Notes under the pieces: model-generated
What the model was told of the DNA's origin: nothing
Databases searched by the model: none
The model's input: only the letters and a program-made list of their open reading frames with translations
Assembly: GCF_032444005.1 (NCBI RefSeq)
Contig: NC_091283.1
Coordinates: 146,630,001-146,694,000 of the forward strand
Length of the DNA: 64,000 nt
Reading direction: 5' to 3'
From: Ranitomeya imitator
Taxonomy: Eukaryota
Program-made: the position numbers and the translations under genes
Shown: positions 59,000-64,000 of the stretch, piece by piece
Layout: each line of letters opens with the position of its first letter
Numbering within the stretch: position 1 is the first letter of the stretch

Positions 59000-59079
59000 A
59001 CCCAGCTCTGAGCTCCTTCTCCACAGTGGACTTACTAAGAAAACGCCTCCATGACAAGATTGAAGAGTCTCGGTGTCAG
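59000..59079 (+). CDS. SURF6: SURF6 coding exon 3
   Basis: ctatag|AC CCA...TGT CAG|gtgaga; VDLLRKRLHDKIEESRCQ. Confidence 0.92.
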
Positions 59080-59179
59080 GTGAGAAAGAGTCTGCTGTGG
59101 AGGGGCACAGTCATGGTCCTCACCCTGTAGGCCCCAGAACCTCTGTATAATCAATGAAATTTTTTCTCCCTGTTCATAG

Positions 59180-59860
59180 GTTTCCAACAAAACACTTTCA
59201 GCTGAAGAAATTGCAAAAAGGCGACAAAAGAGGAAGCAAGAGCGAGAGCGAAAGAAGAGGAAGAGAAAGGAACTGAAGATGAAGGCCATAGAAGAGAGCC
59301 CTAAGCAGGAAACAACCTCTGAAGAGAAGACCTCCAACAATCTGACTGAGGACATGGTCCAGCCCCCACTTGTATTCAATAAGGTGGTGGCCCAAGATGA
59401 GCCTCTCAGTAAGGTTATGAAGAAGAAGGAGAAGAAACAGAGTGTGAAGGGCAACATCACACCTATGACGGGCAAGAACTACAAGCAGCTGCTGAGCCGC
59501 TTGGAGGCCCGAAAGAGCAAACTGGAGGAGCTCAGGGTTAAAGATCAGGACAAAGCCAAGGACTTCGAGAACAAGATAAAGTGGACTAATGTGCTATACA
59601 AAGCGGAGGGCCTGAAGATCAGAGATGATGAGGGGATGCTGAAGACTGCTTTGAAAAGGAAAGAGAAGCGGAAGGAACAGAGGAAAAAGCACTGGGACAA
59701 GCGCATTCAGAACACAGCCGACAAGATGCAGCAGAGACAGGACAAGAGAAATCGCAACATCAAGAAGAAAAAGATGGCCAAGGTTGAGAAGAAGAAGAAC
59801 CGGGCTCGCAAGCGGGGACGAATCATGCCGGAGGACTTGGCTAAGGCCAGTGTGAAGTGA
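59180..59860 (+). CDS. SURF6: SURF6 coding exon 4 (terminal)
   Basis: catag|GTT TCC...; KRKQERERKKRKRKE, GKNYKQLLSRLEARK, KWTNVLYKAEGLKIRDDE, RARKRGRIMPEDL...*. Confidence 0.96.
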   Translation, partial: VSNKTLSAEEIAKRRQKRKQERERKKRKRKELKMKAIEESPKQETTSEEKTSNNLTEDMVQPPLVFNKVVAQDEPLSKVMKKKEKKQSVKGNITPMTGKNYKQLLSRLEARKSKLEELRVKDQDKAKDFENKIKWTNVLYKAEGLKIRDDEGMLKTALKRKEKRKEQRKKHWDKRIQNTADKMQQRQDKRNRNIKKKKMAKVEKKKNRARKRGRIMPEDLAKASVK

Positions 59861-61296
59861 TGCGTGCGCAGGGACTAGTCACTGCAGTGGAGCAGTTTGT
59901 TTCTGTTTTTAGGGCACATAGTCCTTTCTGGGATGTTGTTGAGTATGGATTGTGAAGACATTTAGCTTGAATTGTCTCTTTGAGGCATTTTTTAATATTT
60001 AACTGTGTAATAAAGGCCTGAATAGTGTCATGGACTCTGAGTCCCTCGGGTGACACTGCTGACCTCCGCTAGCCCTCAGAAAGTGTCTTCTCATACTTGT
60101 CTCCCTGTTTTAGGTTGCATGGGGAACCAGTACGCCTCTCTCTGCATTCAGTTGAGGAGATGCTGCAAGATATGGAGGTGGCTGGCGATGGCGCCATGAT
60201 TTGGGGGTACAGAGGCAGCACCGTGGGTGAAGTTGAGCCGTCGTGCATCCCAACATGTTGGATTCCTTTGTATTCGCATATTTTGCTCTCTTGCCAATTA
60301 CCTCTGTGCTGGAGCGCACTGAGAGTTGTTGCGCCACATTGCTGCACAAGATGGGAAAAGCAGGTGGCACATAAAACACATGTGACTTGGTGTCAGTGAT
60401 AGTGTTAACTTGAAGGGCTCTTGGCATATTAAGCACTCTAGAGGTTACTTTACTCCCTGTTCTTGGCAGCAGATGATTGCAGCCGATCTGTGCTAACAAA
60501 ACATGAATAGTTCAGCTGTACAGACTTCTAGAGATGATTGTGTCCAAACCTCTGCCCGTAGGATGCAAGTGAACCTCTTGATGGTTTGGGAAAACCCACT
60601 GATTTACTGAGGGTTTGTGCATACGTATTGACCGCTGCTCGGAAATCTGCAGGATGTCAATGTATGCTGTGCTCCTCACCACGGTGCAAAGGGTGACGCA
60701 GGCAGCATATCCACAGCACTTTTTGAAGTGAGATATCCCATGTGCACACAGCCTTAACATAGCCTTAACTCATGAAATAAGATCCAGAACACAATTAGAG
60801 TTACTACATAGGCAATCAAATCAATAAAGCAAACCATAGCGAAAAAGAACTGTGGCGGAAGGTATGCGGCAAAGAACACAAGTATTATAAAGCAAAATTA
60901 GTTACTTAAACAGACAATAGCAGTGCAGTAGTAAAATAAATATAGCGAAGATGCCTCACGAAAATAGGGGAAGGACTGACAATATAGCCCATGCAAACCA
61001 GCCGAATTGCAATAACTGCATGGGTAAGTGGGATAGAAAAGGCCCTGCATTATCCCTCAACATGTATAGTCCAGGGGGTAAATATGTAGACAATATCCTG
61101 AAAATATATAAATGTGACAATTAGAGATGTTAAAGCCCTGGACTAGATAAAGACAATAGCTACAATGTAAAGTGCATGACAGCAGCCATCAATATTTTTC
61201 CTAATAAAGTGACAGTGCTAGAGGTAAAAGTAAACAGGCCAGATAAGTAAAGATAAAGTTGTAGCAATAATCACGAGCATGTCTGGCATTCCGCAA

Positions 61297-61330
61297 CCCA
61301 GACGCGGTTTTCAAATCCACTTCCTCGGGG
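61297..61330 (-). ncRNA. Degenerate hammerhead-like motif
   Basis: Minus strand CC CCGAGGA AGTGGATTT GAAA ACCGC GTC GGGG; U4C change and weak helix II. Confidence 0.35.
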
Positions 61331-62045
61331 TGCAGTTTTCTACGAAATTTCTGATCATCCCTCCGCAGCATACATAACTATCTCGTGCTGGCACCAGAGT
61401 TGGATTAAATCTAAGCGCTTTAACCTCTCAGATACCTCTGTCTGTAATGACCACAACATGCGAGGAGTTTGAAGGAACACAGGGAGAAAACTCCCTATGT
61501 CATCCCATCGCTAACACGGTCTTGGGGTGCTTATGACAACCAGAGGCCTAACAATATCTACCATATACCACAGCCTATTATACTCCTGACAGCGACTGCT
61601 GGATGTGTAACGTAGCTGGCATCCACTGGATATGGTGCAGGCTCAGGTCCTGAGCCCAAACTGCATATACAGCGGATGTCAGGAGGAAGTTAATTAAAAA
61701 CTAGTTGTTTTTTTTTTAATATCTCCCCTGTAAAACATGTATTCTGTATCACCACCTCTATAACGACCCATACTTTATAACTAGGGTAATGAAATTCACA
61801 CAAAAAATATTTAAAAAAAACTGCCAGAATTGTTGTTTTTGTTAATTTTGCCTGATGGAAGAATAAATATCCCAGAATGGTAACCATTAAAACTACAGGT
61901 CTGTGTGCAGAAGTAGTAAAATGGAAAAAAAATGTAAATTGAGTTTCACTGGAATTGTACTGAGCCCTTGTATTAGACTATAAGTACAGTATTTATACCG
62001 CAAAGTTTAAGCTGTTAAAAAATGAATATAACTACAATATAGACA

Positions 62046-63522
62046 CAGGTGCTTCTCACTAAATTAGAATATCATCAAAAAGTTAATTTATTTCAGTTCT
62101 TCAATACAAAAAGTGAATCTCATAGAGAGTCATTACAAACAGAGTGATCTATTTCAAGTCTTTGTTTCTGTTAATGTTGATGATTATGGCTTACAGCCAA
62201 TGAAAACCCAAAAGTCATTATCTCAGTAAATTAGAATACTTTATAACAAAAGATTGAAAAATTATTTACATTCCAAAATGTTGGCCTACTGAAATGTAGG
62301 TTCAGTAAATGCACTCAATACTTGGTTGGGGCTCCTTTTGCATCAATTACTGCATCAATGCGGCGTGGCGTGGAGGTGATCAGCCTGCAGCACTGCTGAG
62401 GTGTTATGGAAGCCCAGGTTGCTTTGATAGCAGCCTTCAGCTTGTCTGCATTATTGGGTCTGGTGTCTCTCATCTTCCTCTTGACAATACCCCATAGATT
62501 CTCTGTGGGGTTAAGGTCAGGCGAGTTTGCTGGCCAATCAAGCACAGTGATACTGTTGTTTATAAACCAGGTATTGGTACTGTCGGCAGTGTGGACAGGT
62601 GCCAAGTCCTGCTAGAGAATGAAATTTCCATCTCCAAAAAACTTGTCAGCAGAGGGAAGCATGAAGTGCTCTAAAATTACCTACACCAGCAGATGACATG
62701 GCTGCCCGAACAATCACTGATTGTGGAAACTTCATACTAGACCTCAAGCATTTGGATTGTGGCCTCTCCACTCTTCATCCAGACTCTGGGACCTTGATTT
62801 CCAAATGAAATGTTAAATTTACTTTCATCTGAAAACAACACCTTGGACCACAGAGCAACAATCCAGTTCTTTTTCTCCTTGGCCCAGGTAAGATGCTTCT
62901 GGTGTTGTCTATTGGTCATGAGTGGCTGACACAAGGAATACGACACTTGTAGCCAATGTCCTGGATACGTCTGTGTGTGGTGGCTCTTGAAGCAATGACT
63001 AAAGCAGCAGTCCACTCCTTGTGAATCTCCCCAAAATTTTTGAATGGCCTTTTCTTGACAATCCTTTCAAGACTGCGGTTATCTCGGTTGCTTGTGCACC
63101 TTTTTCTACCACACTTTTTCATTCCACTCAACTTTCCATTAATATGCTTAGATAAAGCACTCTGAACAGCCAGCTTCTTTACAATGACCTTTTGTGGCTT
63201 ACCCTCCTTATGGAGTGTATCAGTGATTGCTTTCTGGACAACTCTCAAGTCAGCAGTCTTCCCCATGATTGTGGGGCTACTGATACAGACTAAGGGACCA
63301 TTTTAAATGCTTAGGAAGCCTTTGCAGGTGTTTTGTTAATCTAATTTACAGAGATGACTTTTGGGTTTTCATTGGCTGTAAGCCATTATCAACTTTAACA
63401 GAAATAAACACTTGAAATAGATCACTCTGTAATGACTCTATATAATCAGCTTCACTTTTGGTCTTGAAGAACTGAAATAAATGAACTTTTTGATAATATT
63501 CTAATTTTGAGAGAATCACCTG
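62046..63522 (-). mobile_element. Degenerate Tc1-like element
   Basis: TIR CAGGTGCTTCTCAC...GAGAATCACCTG; frameshifted transposase MGKTADL.., FSDESKF, WPANSPDLNPTENLW, GAPTKY*. Confidence 0.88.
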
Positions 63523-63548
63523 TGTGTATGTATATGTGTGTGTATATA

Positions 63549-64000
63549 CACTGCTCAAAAAATAAAGGGAACACTTAACAGAATATAATCCAAGTAAATC
63601 AAACTTCAGTGATATCAAACTGTCCACTTAGGAAGTAACACTGTTTTACAATCAATTTCACATGCTGTTGTGCAAATGGAAAAGACAACAGATGGAAATT
63701 ATTGGCAATTATCAAGACACACTCAGAGGAGTGGTTCTGCAGGTGGGGACCACAGACCACATCTCAGTACCAAGGCTTTCTGGCTGATTTTTTTGGTCAC
63801 TTTTGAGTGTTGGTTTTGCTTTCACACTCGTATCATGAGACGGACTCTACAACCCACATAAGTGGCCCAGGTAGTGCAGCTCATCCAGGATGGCACATCA
63901 ATGCGAGCTGTGGCAAGAAGGTTTGCTGTGTCTATCAGCGTAGTGTTCAGAGGCTGGTGGCGCTACCAGGAGACGGGCCAGGAGACATGGAGGGGGCCAT
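63549..64000 (+). mobile_element. 5' part of a Tc1-like element, runs off the window
   Basis: TA|CACTGCTCAAAAAATAAAGGGAACAC TIR; decayed start [29 protein letters not shown]. Confidence 0.8.

Larger units (their letters stand above)
58054..59860 (+). other. SURF6: SURF6 gene span; CDS join(58054..58144,58691..58798,59000..59079,59180..59860), 960 nt, 319 aa
   Basis: GT-AG introns with consistent phases (1,1,0); N-terminal MASLVRKDSYFQSLGRKVC and C-terminal SURF6 domain. Confidence 0.93.

Overview
Eukaryotic, TE-rich vertebrate DNA. The repeat families point to a frog genome, which is an inference. The window holds part of the Surfeit gene cluster in the human gene order. RPL7A (- strand, 8 coding exons, 268 aa) lies head-to-head with MED22/SURF5 (+, two alternative C-termini), and SURF6 (+, 4 coding exons, 319 aa) follows about 44 kb downstream. 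RPL7A introns host four intact box C/D snoRNAs (two U24, two double-guide U36) plus a probable decayed U36. The MED22-SURF6 interval is stacked transposons. One nest is Tc1 > hAT > three Harbinger-type elements, one of which holds a 1.9-kb hairpin. There is a near-intact Tc1, and a 21-kb palindrome made of two inverted Penelope-like (RT + GIY-YIG) copies. The left copy is split by a young chromodomain Ty3/Gypsy element that has itself taken three later insertions. Six hammerhead-ribozyme-like motifs with different core variants lie in the Penelope-type sequences. A Helitron and a 1.8-kb pyrimidine tract precede SURF6, and a DIRS-like element with spliceosomal-type introns lies at the left edge. 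All coordinates, counts and alignments were read by eye; no searches were run.
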